Positions 1 through 13,300 are shown, counted from the stretch's first letter. The stretch: DNA of 48,085 nucleotides from Dimorphilus gyrociliatus (GCA_904063045.1 CAJFCJ010000018.1:998443-1046527), one strand, 5' to 3'. Numbers and translations are program-made. The notes: generated from the sequence alone by a model not told the origin.

Positions 1-379
1 AATTAAAACATAAAAGCAAATGTCTTTAGGCCTACATTTTATGACATAAAAAGCAAACGTTTGCAGACATAAAAATCTATTGACAACTCAGAATATTTGG
101 GTCCAAACTGTTCACCCTCATGGAACATTTGTTTTTTTTCTATAATTATGATTGGTCATCATTCTGTACTACTTTTAGTCTGTTTGAAACTTTGTTTCAT
201 AGAAATTTATGAATAACATTTAAAATACTTAAGAAAACAGAATGATCTGTCTCTCATTTGATATTTCTTTGTTTTCCTCTATTCTCTAATTTCAGGGTTT
301 CATCCTTATTCAAGCATCTATTGGCATTGGGATATAGGAGAAATTTAAAGTTTCCACCAGTGTCTTGTAATAAATTTCC

Positions 380-926
380 TCAAATTTTGATATCTGTTAT
401 TGCCATATAACTATTTTCAGTTTTCTGGAATCTGACAAACTGTCCCAGACAATTGCATATTTTACAGATATAACTACTTTCATCATGTATCACGTACTGA
501 CTAACTTGACCAGTAAAGTTAAAGCATAGATACTTATTATCCGTGATAGTCATTGAATCACTGGCAAAAACTTGAAAATTGCTCAAATGATCTGTGTTTA
601 GTTTAATTGTTTAAACGATTTCTACATCTGTCATGTTTTATATATAGAAAAGACTTGCCAGAGGGTTGACTGTTCCATAAACATATTTATAAAATTTCAT
701 AATTACTCTGTAGATCAATTATTAAATATCCATCACTAGTATTTTCACCATAAGAGTAAAGATCAATTAAATTTTGTCCATCAAATACTGCATATTTAGC
801 CAGATAACTATCATTAACAGTATTGTTTTGATAAACAGGCTTTGCTTTGACTATATGGTCCAAATCAGTAACAAAACATAGACATTGTGAAATAAGAATA
901 CAATGTAAAATCACACAAATAATCAT
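380..926 (-). pseudogene. Secreted fucolectin/FTP (F5/8 type C-like) domain gene with premature stop(s)
   Basis: Signal-like MIICVILHCILISQCLC from ATG 926, then KPVYQNNT..AKYAVFDG..YLIIDLQSNYEIL*ICLWN. There is an in-frame TAA at 689-687. A 67-nt GC-AG intron (658-592) joins it to DHLSNFQVFAS..CNCLGQFVRFQ..MAITDIKI. TGA at 382-380 is followed by about 50 more open codons. Matches the FTP motif order by eye. Confidence 0.7.
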
Positions 927-2326
927 TATTTCCTCAAACAAATGATGATTCTTTCTTCACTTTAACTATCTTCTTTATTAAATAACTCTCAATTCACTAG
1001 TTTTTTTGAAGATATTTCTTAACTAAATATTCAAAAGTTTGAATGGCCTAAGAGCAATTTTACAAGTACTTATTATAAAAACAATGAATAAGCTAATTTC
1101 CACTTATAAATATTATATATTTTACATTCACCTAAAATTTGTTTATTGATTCAGTAAAACGTCTTTCCTTGTATTTTTGTTGATGCAAGAAAATTCAATG
1201 AAAGATTTACTTGTCAATCAATTTTTGAATTTGTTTCTAGGAAAAGTAACAACACTTACTTTTGAATTTGCACCTCGTGCTAATTAGTTTCATAAATATT
1301 TATAATTTCCAATGTAATTTGCTTCTTAATTGAGATCTTTTTTCTTGTTCCTTAGTTTGAACCAAGCTAATTACAAACCAATTGTTTTAATATTTGTCTA
1401 AATCCATTCCCATGATTATGGGATTAGTTTGTAGGTAGCTTCCTTAATTTAGAACCTTAAAATGGTTTTTTTCAACAACCTCATTTATATTATCAGAATT
1501 TATCTCATTTACAATATAACAGGACTATCAGTGTCTGTATATCATCCACAAGGAAAACAGCAATTATTGAAAATTGTCTACATATAAATGTAATAAAATG
1601 CAACGTTTGTCTGCTTTTAGAAATGAATTTTTAGGTGTTTGCTTTGGGAAGTTTGTTTATAGAATGTTAATATGACAAAGTGTCTGTAGAGGTTAGCTAA
1701 AAAAACAGGTGGAAAAGCAGTACAATAGAAAACATTATAAATAATGCAACAAACTAAATTGCAAACTATTTATTCAACAATTATTTCACAACAGCAGTTT
1801 ATTTCAACATATTGAAATTTTTAATGAGCGTTTAACGTAAAGTTTTAAGAACTTTACGAAAGGAGTAATATCTTCACTAGCACATTGCTGTGATAACAAT
1901 CAGGACTTGGAACTATTTAACAAGGTGCCTCTCTGGTTAATTTATTCCAAAAGGTCTTGCTTTGGTAAGAGATATCTTAATAAATAGCAAATCAATGAAT
2001 AGATACCAATTATCATTATATGATGGCATAGTGCATTGGAATTGAAGATATCATTAAATTTATCAATGATGAAGATAAAGTCAATTGTATTATAAGATGT
2101 AACAATTTCGAACAATCTTGAAGATTTTATGTTCATACCTAATGAATAAGATCTAGACTGGTTCTAAACCAGCTGATTGTTCGAAGATCAAGTTGATAGT
2201 TGTAGGAGTGAGGTTTTAACTTTTTAATTTTCTAATTCAATTCATTCTCTCCAAGCACTACAACTCATAAATGACACAGATTCAATAAATTCAAAATGGT
2301 GGCCAATATGTTACAAAAGTTTAGCA

Positions 2327-4457
2327 TTAATGACTGATATGGCAAACTTTAACTTTGTCAAAAAGTGCATCTTCCAAGATTATCTTGTAATAAAACTTTC
2401 TTATTGTCTCTATAATTCCACTGCATGAAAATTTATATTTTTGGTAAGAGTTATCACTTATAAATGATTCTTCTAGCAAACAAGGACCATTAGGCTCTGT
2501 CTCTTTCAGATTCATATAAAATAAACTAACAATTAATTGATTCTTGACCTCTTTGTCAAAATATAAAGTAATTTCCGGATTAATATTTTCTGAATTGAAA
2601 GTTACATTTCCCAATCTCCAACTTTCAATAACAGTTGATTTCTTTGATAAAACAAAACAGGTGGAATATAAATTATCATAAAGATATTCAGTGTGGTATT
2701 CAGCATTGCATAATCCATTTTCTGTTATTCTTACAACTTTTCCTTCTGAATAGGCAATAAAAAATTTGAACTTTTTATACTCTAAAATAACTATTTACCT
2801 AAATCATTGACACGAAATTGATGATGATCAGATGTTTCAAAATTCCTTATTAAAAATTTTTCAGATGGGCCATCAGATAGAATTGGAGCTATGATGCTAG
2901 TGTTTCTGTTATATATTTTTCCTTTGCCAAGTTTAACTGTACCATCAAGAGTAGTAATCCAAAAATCATTCCATTGCCCACAAACCACATAGTCTTGTAG
3001 TGTATCTCTAAAATAGATAGGAGGTGATAGTGTTTCCAAATAGCTTTGAATAGCATTGGACAAAACCATCTTAAATGATACTATATTATTACGATAAAAG
3101 CTAAAAACGAGTCCTCCACAAACATTTGAAGCAGTTTCGCTGCCATATATACTGAATGTCATTGCTTTGAAATTGCTTTGAATATAAGGTGGAAGTGTAT
3201 ACTGCATGGTAGATGTTGTATGAATATCATGATGTCTACTTTCTATATCTTTTAGAAATACAAATCATTGAAAAAGAAAAAAGTATTGAATTTAATCAAA
3301 TATACAAAACCTTTAACAAACACCTGAACTAAGCTCAAACCAATATTTTGAGATGCAGATATTTCAACTACTTGAACATTTAGTTTAGTTTCAATAAACT
3401 TTTTAGAATATTTGAAACACTTTTGAAATTTATTTACATTCAATTCAACTATTTCCACCACACCCGAACTCCATTTAACTCTCGATTTTGATATATGCTG
3501 ACCTGTATATCTGCAATGTAGAATCAGTGAAAATAAGTCAGCAATGATCAGACAAATTCTCTTTAATTAACCTATTTGCTAAGCAATAAATACTAGGAAC
3601 GCCATATACTTGGAATGAAACTTCAATGTATTCCCCAATACAATTTTGACCTGTGCAAATCGCAGCCCATTCGTTGAATTGAGCAAAAGCTCCGTTTATA
3701 TAATCTAATGCGTTTTTGCATTGATATTTAGAGGAATATGTTGAAGAAGCTGTACAAGTTGCTCCTTTTCTTTTGCTAGCTATGTTTGTATAGTAGTTGC
3801 TACTTCCCACTTTTTCTGTCATACCTGAAAAGTAAGATTATTGGAAAGTGATCTCAATATGTAAAAGTACAAACCATCTTCGTAAGCAAAAATCATAATT
3901 GAAGAAAATCCGATATTTGCAGTTGATAATGTTTGAATAGGTGTAAAAGTCATACTTTTAACATTTGTACCAAAAGTATATCTTACTAAAAAGCATTCTC
4001 TATCTTTCTTTGTTGCATGAAGATTAAATTTATATTGAACTTTGGTATTACTTGCTTTGTTATAAATAACAATCACTTCTTTAGCTTTTTGGTTAGATGA
4101 CATGAAAGTATGCGATACGCAATAGTCAACAACATCATAGACCTTCTGAAATACTATATTAAGTTTAGGATTGTTACAAGGCCCGACACATCCGGTGAGA
4201 TATGAAAACATGTTGATCCAATTTGGATATAGTACGTTTTTACAATTGTAATTATAACCAGCATAATTTGATCTTGTAGTGCTAGCAGAACAGGTTGAAT
4301 TCCATGAAATATCAGCAACATTTATCAGAATTTTGCCTGTGAAAGAGAGAAAAAATACAAATGATAAAAAAGATAAATAAAATAGAACGAATTCTTTACT
4401 TTCAACTTTTACATTTAAAATTACTAGTAAACAAATAATATTCTTGTTTGCAATCAT
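2327..4457 (-). CDS. Multi-exon secreted protein: two discoidin/F5-8C-like domains + farnesoic acid O-methyltransferase-like domain + Cys-rich C-terminal module (copy A; at least one apparent frameshift)
   Basis: Signal MIANKNIICLLVILNVKVE. GT-AG introns at 4399-4337 (63 nt) and 3874-3825 (50 nt) keep the frame. Repeated domain motifs: NIASKRKGATCTASSTYSSKYQCKNALD, TANIGFSSIMIF, SQNIGLSLVQVF. CGQWNDFWITTLDGTVKLGKG resembles the Methyltransf_FA motif. The frame appears to break near 2610-2640, and the exon structure at 3460-3610 is unresolved. Confidence 0.65.
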
Positions 4458-5489
4458 TCTCTTCTCGTGAACAAGTGCTTCTTCTCCTATATTTTAAATA
4501 TGCATAAGGCTGTTTAAATTTTAAAATAACGAATAATTAATAAAATTTTCTAAAACGACAATTGTCATTGAGAGATTTTAATAGATAATTGATAGAGTTT
4601 TGGAAATCAGTCTTTCATTGCCAATCTATTCTTTACTGTTTTCAACCAATGAACAAACAACTACAGATATAAATGATTAATTATAAAGTAATTTGCATAT
4701 TGGCTAACCTAGCTAAATTATTGAATGCTTTGTCACCACTTGTGAATTATATATTACCTTTGACAAACGAATTGTAGATAATTTTTGGCAAGAAAGTAAT
4801 AGAATGATATTGAGTTAATCTGTTTATTTCAAAATCGAGTTATAATTGGACAAACTGAAAGCAACACAAACAAACATAACTAATAAAACTAGATTGAATA
4901 TTCAAAAAATTTCAATAAGTTTTTTAGCTCACTGCCCACGTGACCATCAATTCCAACATTCTCGTAATAAAATGTTTCCAGCGTTTGGCAATTTGTCGTT
5001 GAGCATTGTAAATAATTTAGAAAATTTCTATTTCCACTACAATTTAAACTATAATCCAAAACTTTAATGGAAAATTGCATTTTAAAATAATTTTGAAGAT
5101 TTTCATGAATAGTATCATTATTTAAATTTGAATTTCTCAGCATGATTTCAGTACAGAAGATGAATGTAGAAGAGATATTTTGCGGAAAGTTTGTCAAATT
5201 GCACGTACCAATATTAGTATTTGAGAAATTAAACTTTAATTCTTTTTTAAATATTTCACCATTAAATTGAAAAACAAATTGTTATACCTATACATAGTCC
5301 TATAATTTTCACGTTGACAACCGGAAGTTACCACAGACAACTGTTTAAATTTTTCGATGTACACAGTAATTTTTTTATGAACTCTTTAATTGCGTAATTC
5401 AAAGCCAAATGTTATTGATTGTATTGGGTAGATAGTTTCGTAAAAAACAATATGGCAGAATATTTTAAAATCTTCAACAGTTCTAGTTA

Positions 5490-6371
5490 TATAGTAAAAT
5501 TTCTACCAGTCTCCTCCAGGTTTTACTTTTATTTAAATTAGGGTCTTTCCATTTAACATTGGCAGACATGTTGGTTTTTGCTTTGTAAATCCAAGGAAAA
5601 AATTTCAAGTCATATAAATTCTTCGTTGAAATTTTTTTAATAATTTTATTTTCAATCAAAAATTTAATCTCCTTTTCTAATTCTAAACTTAATGTTTTTA
5701 AAAGTTTACATTGACGTTAATTCGGTTAAAAGCTTTCTGAAATTTCTTAAGTATAACCGCAAAATTTCTTTTTCCAGTGTTACACTGGAAGAGAATCATC
5801 GCCATTTATTAAATACATTAATGTTGCTGATATTGAAAATTTTCCATTCATCTCCTTTAAAAGCATTATCTGGCTGTAGACTACTTTTGAATAGTGATGA
5901 GCACAATGCACTCGGTAGTCCATTCGTTAAAGGCGGTCGATCAAAATTTAAAACTTTATACCAACAGGCTTCTTGGTAAGATCTAATGATATTCAAATAA
6001 GAAATGGAAGGGTTATGAGAAGGATCCCTTGGAAAAACTATTCTCCTTAAATCAGCAATAAGATCTAAGAGAAAATAAGGGTTTGTACATTCCCTATCAT
6101 AAGTGATTCTAAATCTGTCATTATGCTTTCTCCATAGATAGGAAATGATCATTGCAATTTTTGGAACTTTAGAGAGAGCTTCAGACCAGACGATTGTTTT
6201 AAAAGTAAGTCTGCCTCTTTTTAGATAATCGATTAAGAAACTGAATTTATTAATCTCTTTACTAATATCAATAAGAAGTATTAAATCCGTATCATTGTTC
6301 TTTATTTTGAATAAATTGCGTAAAGCAGGTTCATCAACATAGTATTCGTATGATTCATCAAAATTTGTCAA
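5490..6371 (-). pseudogene. Spliced gene fragment of uncertain identity, possibly a divergent NACHT/NLR-type NTPase
   Basis: The 191-aa ORF begins directly after a TAG acceptor (6373-6372). DLILLIDISKE..FLIDYLKRGRLTFKTIVWSE and ECTNPYFLLDLI weakly resemble the NACHT Walker B, sensor and PhhCW motifs. The continuation is frameshifted at a T-run near 5700. No Walker A was seen. Confidence 0.3.
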
Positions 6372-6536
6372 CTAAGAAAGTAAAATATCTTCTAAAGCAG
6401 AGCATTCTCTTCAAAAAAAGGGGTCGGCAGAAAAAGTCCATAACTGAGAAATTTAAAGGCTATATTTTACATTGAAATATGGTTAGGAAAAAGAAGATCA
6501 CAACTCATTTATACTTAGAAAGGTCTCCTAAGCGCG

Positions 6537-6585
6537 GGATTAGGGTTAGAGTAAAATCAGGCATTTGCGGACATTTTCTGTCGCT
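6537..6585. repeat. Short interspersed repeat with telomere-like TTAGGG/CCCTAA motif
   Basis: Reverse complement cgacagaaaatgtccgcaaatgcctgattttactctaaccctaatc matches 25035-25082. Other TTAGGG-like patches occur near 18080, 25115, 30540 and 40115. Confidence 0.6.
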
Positions 6586-6884
6586 TCTATTAAAAACATA
6601 TCATATTTCTGTACTTTGCCAAATTCTCACAAGAGAATATTAAATGCTAAAATGTCTGTATGACTAACTTGAATGGAATAGATTAAACAATTTCTTTGCT
6701 GACATCACTGAAAAGGTTTTTCAGAGAATCTTAAATTTTATGTTAAAATTTCAAATGATAATTTTCTCTTTCTGGGATTGCTATTCTTCTATTTCTATCT
6801 CACAAATTTGAATTGAAGGATTAGCCAATTGAGTATAAATATGAATATATATTTCTCTGGAATTTGTTTGTCAGCAAACAAAAT

Positions 6885-7127
6885 TCAAATCATCATTTTG
6901 ATTACATAATTCAATTTTGTGAATATCATTGCCATTAAACTATTATTTAAAGAGGAGATTATCTTAATCTTTCTATTAAAATAATATCTTAGGTATAGAG
7001 GTGAGACTGTTTTATTAATTTTCACGCAGGTATTTACATCACCATCAATCAAGTATTGAACATTCTGTCTACATTTAATTGGCGATAGTAGTTGAATGTT
7101 TTTCACAATGTACTTGATACATTTCAA
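6885..7127 (-). pseudogene. Fragment of the Cys-rich C-terminal module seen in neighbouring secreted proteins
   Basis: YLIDGDVNTCVKI resembles IIIDNDLSTC (44832-45611 ORF) and TDSDNPETC (35776-36846 ORF). Confidence 0.3.
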
Positions 7128-7484
7128 TGGTTTGATTACATGTTTTGCCCATTCATTTTTGAATTTTCAAATTGTTTGGAAACGTATAGAAATATAGGCA
7201 GGAGATAAAGGATATATATATATATAATATGTTAGTTACAACCGTTTCAACCAATCCCATTGCAAAGACTATTTGTTTACTTGGGTTATCATATCAATTT
7301 TGAGAGAATAGTAAATTTATTGAAAAATTCTATGTTAGGTTTAAATGAATAAATGAGTATATAGTTATAAATAATAGATTATTAACAAATGCAATATCAA
7401 GAAATGAATGTCAGGCCTCGTGATCATTGTAATCGAATTAGTGCAAGCTAATCATTTATAAATTCTTTCAAAACATTTGTACAA

Positions 7485-8131
7485 CTACAGGCAATGCAAG
7501 ATAATTTTTTGTTTTGTAGGAATTAGACTGGTGTTTAGAACATCATCTAATGCTTTAGCATCATTGGAGGATTTGAAAAAATCTATTCTTTGATCCACTG
7601 CATCTATGAAGTTTCTTTTAATTGATTTAATTTTTTCCTTAATATGTGATATCTCTATCTCTTCATATTTTGAAATTTTTTGCAAGATTGTAATTGTATT
7701 TTGCTCTTCTTCATTTTGAAAAAATTTCAGTTTTTGTCTTTTTTTCAAGCTTTGACATTGGAGACACTCGACAATCAGCATGATTTCTTTCCCAACATGT
7801 AAGCAATATATTTTCAACACTATGTGTTAGAGAACAGAGTGATTCCTCCTTTTTGTGTTTCTTGCAAAAACTTGCGCTAAAAGTTGTTTCTATAAACGAA
7901 TGTTTTATAAAGTTCTCTGGTAGATGAGAAACAAAGCCTTGTCGCAGATTACAAACTTATTTACAAGCTGGGCAAATAATAGAATAGTTTTTTAACTTCT
8001 GGTTTCCTCAAACACCTAAGACAAAAAGTATGTTAGCATGGTAGTACTCGTGAATCCTCTTTCACCCAAGATTCTAAACACACACCACAAGTAACATTAT
8101 CAATTTTTACCAAATAGCCTTCAGTTGCCAT
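7485..8131 (-). pseudogene. TRIM/RBCC-like (RING + B-box-like + coiled coil) pseudogene
   Basis: From ATG 8131: MATEGYLVKIDNVTCGVCLESW..RVLPC*HTFCLRC..IICPACK*VCNL..HLPENF..FCKKHK. This is a C3HC4 RING with TAA stops at 8035-8033 and 7959-7957 plus frameshifts. The 7485-7820 ORF supplies the helical coiled-coil part. Not in the ORF track because of the stops. Confidence 0.75.
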
Positions 8132-8263
8132 TTTAAAGCAATGCTAACTTCCTTAGTGACAAGGTTTTTACTTGACCATGGTTATATAACTCAGGTAAGC
8201 TCAAACACATAGTGCACTGAATCTTCATTTTCCTTCTGAATATAAGGAATAATAATAAATTTA

Positions 8264-8330
8264 GGGAGCAGGTGAAACTGTACCTGAGCGAAATCGTACC
8301 CATGGCTGGTGAAACCATACCCATTAAAAG
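8264..8330. mobile_element. Isolated MULE-family terminal (TIR) fragment
   Basis: Degenerate tandem copies of GGGTGAAACCGTACCC followed by ATTAAAAG. Matches the TIRs of the 21431-22275 element. Confidence 0.7.
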
Positions 8331-8349
8331 CTGTACAGAATACATATAA

Positions 8350-9010
8350 TTTAATCACTAAAAATTTCTTTTTCTAGTTGGCACTGACCTTTAAAATCAT
8401 TCTTTTCGAAATCTTTATAGAATGCATTAACATCCAACTGATTTTTGAGTACTTTATCAAAATGTAGAGTAATCTCTGGTTTGACTTTTTCAATGTGAAA
8501 TGTTAATTAGAAAGTCTAGAAGTTTCAATAATAGTTGATGTAGATGATAAATGTTTACATGTAGAATATGAATGATCTTGGAGATAAGTATCAAACGCTT
8601 CATGACATTTATCAATTTCGTGAAATTTTACTATTCTTCCTTCTGTTATTTGACAGACAACAGTCTTATATTTTTTAGTTTTGTAAACATAAAAAATTTA
8701 CCTAAGTCTTCAATTCTGAATATATGATTGAGTTCTGATAAAGTATTCATTAGTTGAATTTTCTCTGATAGACCATTGATTTGAATTGGATGTTATATTA
8801 TAAGATTTTTGAAAAGTAATTGTAATCTTTGTAGAAATGCAATTATGTCCACAATCAGTTAACCATGAATTCATGTTTACCCATGGAGGATACATAACAT
8901 GTCTAGGTTCAAAAGTATAAAATGAAGTTGGGGCTCTATTATTATTCGCAAAGCAAGTAAAACTCCATGAATAATGAGCCACATCAATTAAATTGACTTC
9001 TACAAAAAAA
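8350..9010 (-). pseudogene. Truncated paralog (copy B) of the discoidin-like gene at 2327-4457
   Basis: RHVMYPPWVNMNSWLTDCGHNCISTKITITFQKSYNI aligns to KNVLYPNWINMFSYLTGCVGPCNNPKLNIVFQKVYDV. VKPEITLHFDKVLKNQL aligns to INPEITLYFDKEVKNQL. Frameshifted, and ends at a TAA beside the MULE TIR fragment. Confidence 0.7.
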
Positions 9011-9289
9011 AAACAATGGTAACAATGTTAAAACAATGAGAAGGAGAATATATAAATTAAAATATTTTAACTTTTTTTCCATGCCTCAATGATGAAAACT
9101 GGTAGAAAATAGATTTGAATAGAAAATATAATCATTCTGCACAATTAGCAATCTAACATAGCTATGATTCATATAGCTGTTTTTTCTTTCATGCATTAAA
9201 TATACTTTAATCTTGAATTAATAAAATTCACAAAATATTTAAATGAAAATTTTTTTGTTTTTTGTCCTTTTTTTTACCAGAATAAAAGT

Positions 9290-10182
9290 TATTTGTTAAA
9301 AAAACTGTGCACATCAGTTTTTCAGCTGACTTAGTCAGTTTAAGCTTCTTTTCAGGTGGCGATGAGGTGTGCTTATATGTCAAACAAGACCTTTTAGATT
9401 CTGGATCATACAGGTGTACCCAGGTTTCATCCCCAGTCACAATTTTTTTCTAAAAAGTCTCTTCCTTCTGCCATATATCTATGGAGTAGCTCTGTACAAT
9501 GACTCACCCTTATCTGCTTCTGGTCCATATTAAGGGCATAAGGAATCCATTTTGCACAGATCTTTCTGTACCCCAACTCTTTTATAATTTTTCCTACAGC
9601 CTCTTGACAAATTTCTAATTTTTTGGCGATTGCTCTCTGAGAAATGGTCTGATCTTCTCTGATAAGCCTGTCAATAGTTTCTCTGTTCTGACTTGTTACA
9701 GCTGTCCTTGGATGACCAGATCTTGGCAAGTCTTCAAATTTTTTTCTTCCTTTTTTTATGTCAGATACCCATCTTCTTATGGAACATTCACTCACAGTTT
9801 CATCCCCACATCATTGATGGGAACTTGTGCACATGACTTGCAATTGCTTACATCACAATAAATTTGTAATGGCTCAACAGAATTGAATGCAAGTTTGCAC
9901 AATGAAAGTTTACTAATTTACTAAAATAATTGGAAAGTATCAATGATAGTAGTTGAGCCGTTTTAAAATTACAGCACATAGTTTGANTAAAATGCAATGA
10001 TTTGTCGTAGATCAGAATGTGTGCACATGATCTGCAGTTTCTTACACCAAAATAAATTTTTAATGGCTCAACAGAATCGAATGAAAGTTTACTAATTCAT
10101 AAAGATTATTTGAAAGTAAAAATGACAGTTGAGCCGTTTTAAAATTACAGCACAGAGTTGGAAACTTTTTGATTGTAACTAA
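9290..10182 (-). mobile_element. Mariner (Tc1/mariner, DD34D) transposon, 3'-truncated, frameshifted
   Basis: HTH region (RRWV..EDLPRSGHPRT), AKWIPYAL (WVPHEL-equivalent) and VTGDETWVHLYDPESKR after a one-base slip in an A-run. 28-bp TIR at 10155-10182 followed by TA; it matches the TIR at 40390-40417 at 25/28 positions. Confidence 0.9.
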
Positions 10183-10330
10183 TATATAGGCTGTATATAT
10201 GTATGCTTGTAGTTTTTTTGAATAGATGCATTTATATTTTTAGCACATTTGAAAAAGAAAACAATCGCTATGGACTAGGACTGACGTGTTGTAAAAAGAA
10301 TTCAACATGTAAACAAAAGAAATTAATATA

Positions 10331-13300
10331 ATGATATTTTAAAAGAAAAGTAGTATTTCTAATTTTGAGTGATTTTCAATTAGATCTATTTGGTTTGGAA
10401 ATTCAATATAACATATATAAAGTTTATTTGAGACACAATAATGATATTTACCAAATTCATTACTCTCAAAATAATTATAAAAGACTTTGTAATCACACTA
10501 GTTTTTCTATAAAAGATTTATCCATCAAGATTAATACTGATTATCTTGCTTTTGTCTCTTTTACCAACAATTCCAAATTGATTGTTCACTTGCAGAAGAA
10601 GTCAACTAACATTAGTTTAAATTGTTCATTTCAGGATATGAAAGGTAGGATTTTTAAAAAAAATCAATCAATTCTGGCTCACTAAAAAAAAACAAATAAT
10701 GGCAACTACATTCAAAATATCTCATACTGCATAATTCAGACATGACAATCTATATAGTCTTATTATTGCAGTCAAGGCATATTAAAATGAGCCAGAGGAA
10801 TATTTACAGACAAGCATAGCATATTTCTATGAATGACTCAAAATACATATAAATTAAAACACAGAATTTACGTCTTTGAGTTATGAAATGAAAGACAAAA
10901 GACGTATTCCACTTATTCGACTTAGGATAAAAATGAACTCTGTTGTTTATCATAAGACATATATTAATCCATTACCACCATTATTTGGAATTGAAGTAAA
11001 AGATGACATTGCTTGTGAATATCTCTGCTCTTTAAGGAGAGGATCTTTTCTTATGAAAAGCTGCTCCTCAATATCTGTTACTACGTCAATGTATCCTTAT
11101 ATTGTTGGGTACAAGATGAAGGATGATATCATATATGACTGCAATATTAATGAGCATAAACCACATCAGAGATTAAAATTAATGAAACCAGAATGCATTA
11201 AATGGAAAAGGGGCAAAGTGAAGCTAGGTTATACCAATTACTCATATCTCAATTTCATGAAAATGATACCTTCAAAACAATTTTTTTTGTCATAGCTGAA
11301 CCATACCTGTCGAATGCAACACAGCATGAACCTAACAAAATTATAGGTTTCCTAAAAGTAAAAACTGAAGAAAATGACTATTTTGTTAAAAATAAATTCC
11401 TATCTTACAAAACATGTCTGGTCATTTGTGAAAAAATGGGTTATAGTAAAATTTATGGCATATTTCATTTGTGGAACTTGAATGAAATGGTTCCAATGGT
11501 TGTTATACAGTCTCAACAAGAAACATGTTGCCAATTGTAATAAATAGAATTTCTTACCAAAAACAACTGCTTTCCCAAATCTTTTGTGATTTGTTTATTT
11601 CTCTTTCTCCAATAGGAATCAAGTTTCTAAAGGCAATAAAGTTGTTTTATTAACATGCATCCTGGATAATTCCACTTGTTAGTGTCTAAAGTATCATTTA
11701 TTATCATTATATCTAGTTCTACACTCTAACACAATCATTTTTTTTATATGAAACAATTTTCAAGATTTTTTTGCTGCCAAAATTTATAAACAATACGTTT
11801 TATATCTAAGAAAAAACCGAAACGTCTATCAAGTTGATTTGGGCGATAATACCAATAAAGTAGTATGTGCAAAAGCTACTTTTCATTTAACATTCCCAAG
11901 TTCCAAGTTTTTTGAAATGATAAATGTAACAACAATAGCTACTTTAAAAAGCAATAGACCAGTATTGAGGCCTATGGGAGAAGCTACAAAGCCTTTTAAA
12001 TGCTCTTTTTCGGATTTGAGGGGTAAGAAGTAAAAATTTTGGCATGTGACAGAAAATCTTCACAAAATTTTGATTTTACCGTAACCTGGTTTAGTACCCC
12101 TACCCTTAGAATAGTCCCGGCTAAGTACAAATCAACAGTTGTCTTATTCTCGCTAACCAGTTTTCAACCTAAAAAGTCTTGCCTTTGAATACTTTTCTTA
12201 TGATTATTTTCTGTCAACCCCAAAAATTCTGAGTGTCAATCAAGATTTTTGTGTTTCATAGATTTCACAATAAATTCTTACAAGAGCAACATGAATGGTT
12301 TGGAAGGAATAGATCTACCAAAATTAAATTACTATATGAAATCTAAAACATTTGGAATTTCACCACTTATATTTGAACCAAAAATTCATTTTATGTATGC
12401 TTGTTCCTACATATGTAAATTAGTGTCAAAAGATTTAGAACCTCTTTCATGTCCTTATACCTTGATAAAAAAGGTAGAAATATTCTAGAATATTTTCTTT
12501 TTTCGACCAATTTTCTTTTCTTTTTTCAAAGCCAAAAGTTCAGTTTTATTCTTGTATTGTTAAGGATAATTCACTAACCAATTGTAAAGTAAAAAATACT
12601 CTCAAAAAACGCAGGTAAGCAAGTAAACAAACAAACAAACATAACTTTTTTTTCTTTTCTAGAATGCTTGTAAACCCAAGTTGCAAAAGAAACAAAAATG
12701 AAAGTAATTTCAATTGAAATTTTAACTTTAAAAACATTTTGTTGAATTTTTTTCAAGAGTACAGATTTTACAATATGGATGGTGAAATTTTGAACAAGAG
12801 TGAAAATAATCCAATTAATAGCTATCAAGGAACTTTTGAAATTTTCCACAAAGATAAATGGTTCTATATCAGATATTTCAAATATTATGAAACAGTGAAA
12901 ATATGCTCTACCTATGGGTACAACTATGGAACATTGACTTTTCTAAATGATGTGGATGATGAGCATTATAAACAATTATTGAATGCATCACCAAAAGATG
13001 AAATACTAATAGAAACTATTGACTGTTCAAAACAACAACTTTCTTTAATTGAAAATTGTATTGCTAAAGAAAAAATGTTAGTTAAATTCATCAAAATGCA
13101 TAAGGATTCTAAAACTAAATATTATTCATTAGATTAAACACATGGCAGCCATATTTGATTGAATGCTCTCAACGGTCATCTTTTGGTTGTTTACCTATCA
13201 ACCTTATCGCTAAAGACTCTCTTTTAACACTCATTTTATTTACAGACTGTTCTGGTGAATTTGTTGTGATTATCAATGATGTTTGCTATTATCTGTTCAA

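Noticed and set aside
5320-5332. ETS-type CCGGAAGT promoter motif
   Set aside because: A single short motif with no linked transcription start or gene 5' end.
8133-8345. ORFs 8133-8345 and 22059-22310 sharing MGTVSPTMGTISLRY-like text
   Set aside because: The similarity is just the translated MULE TIR repeats.
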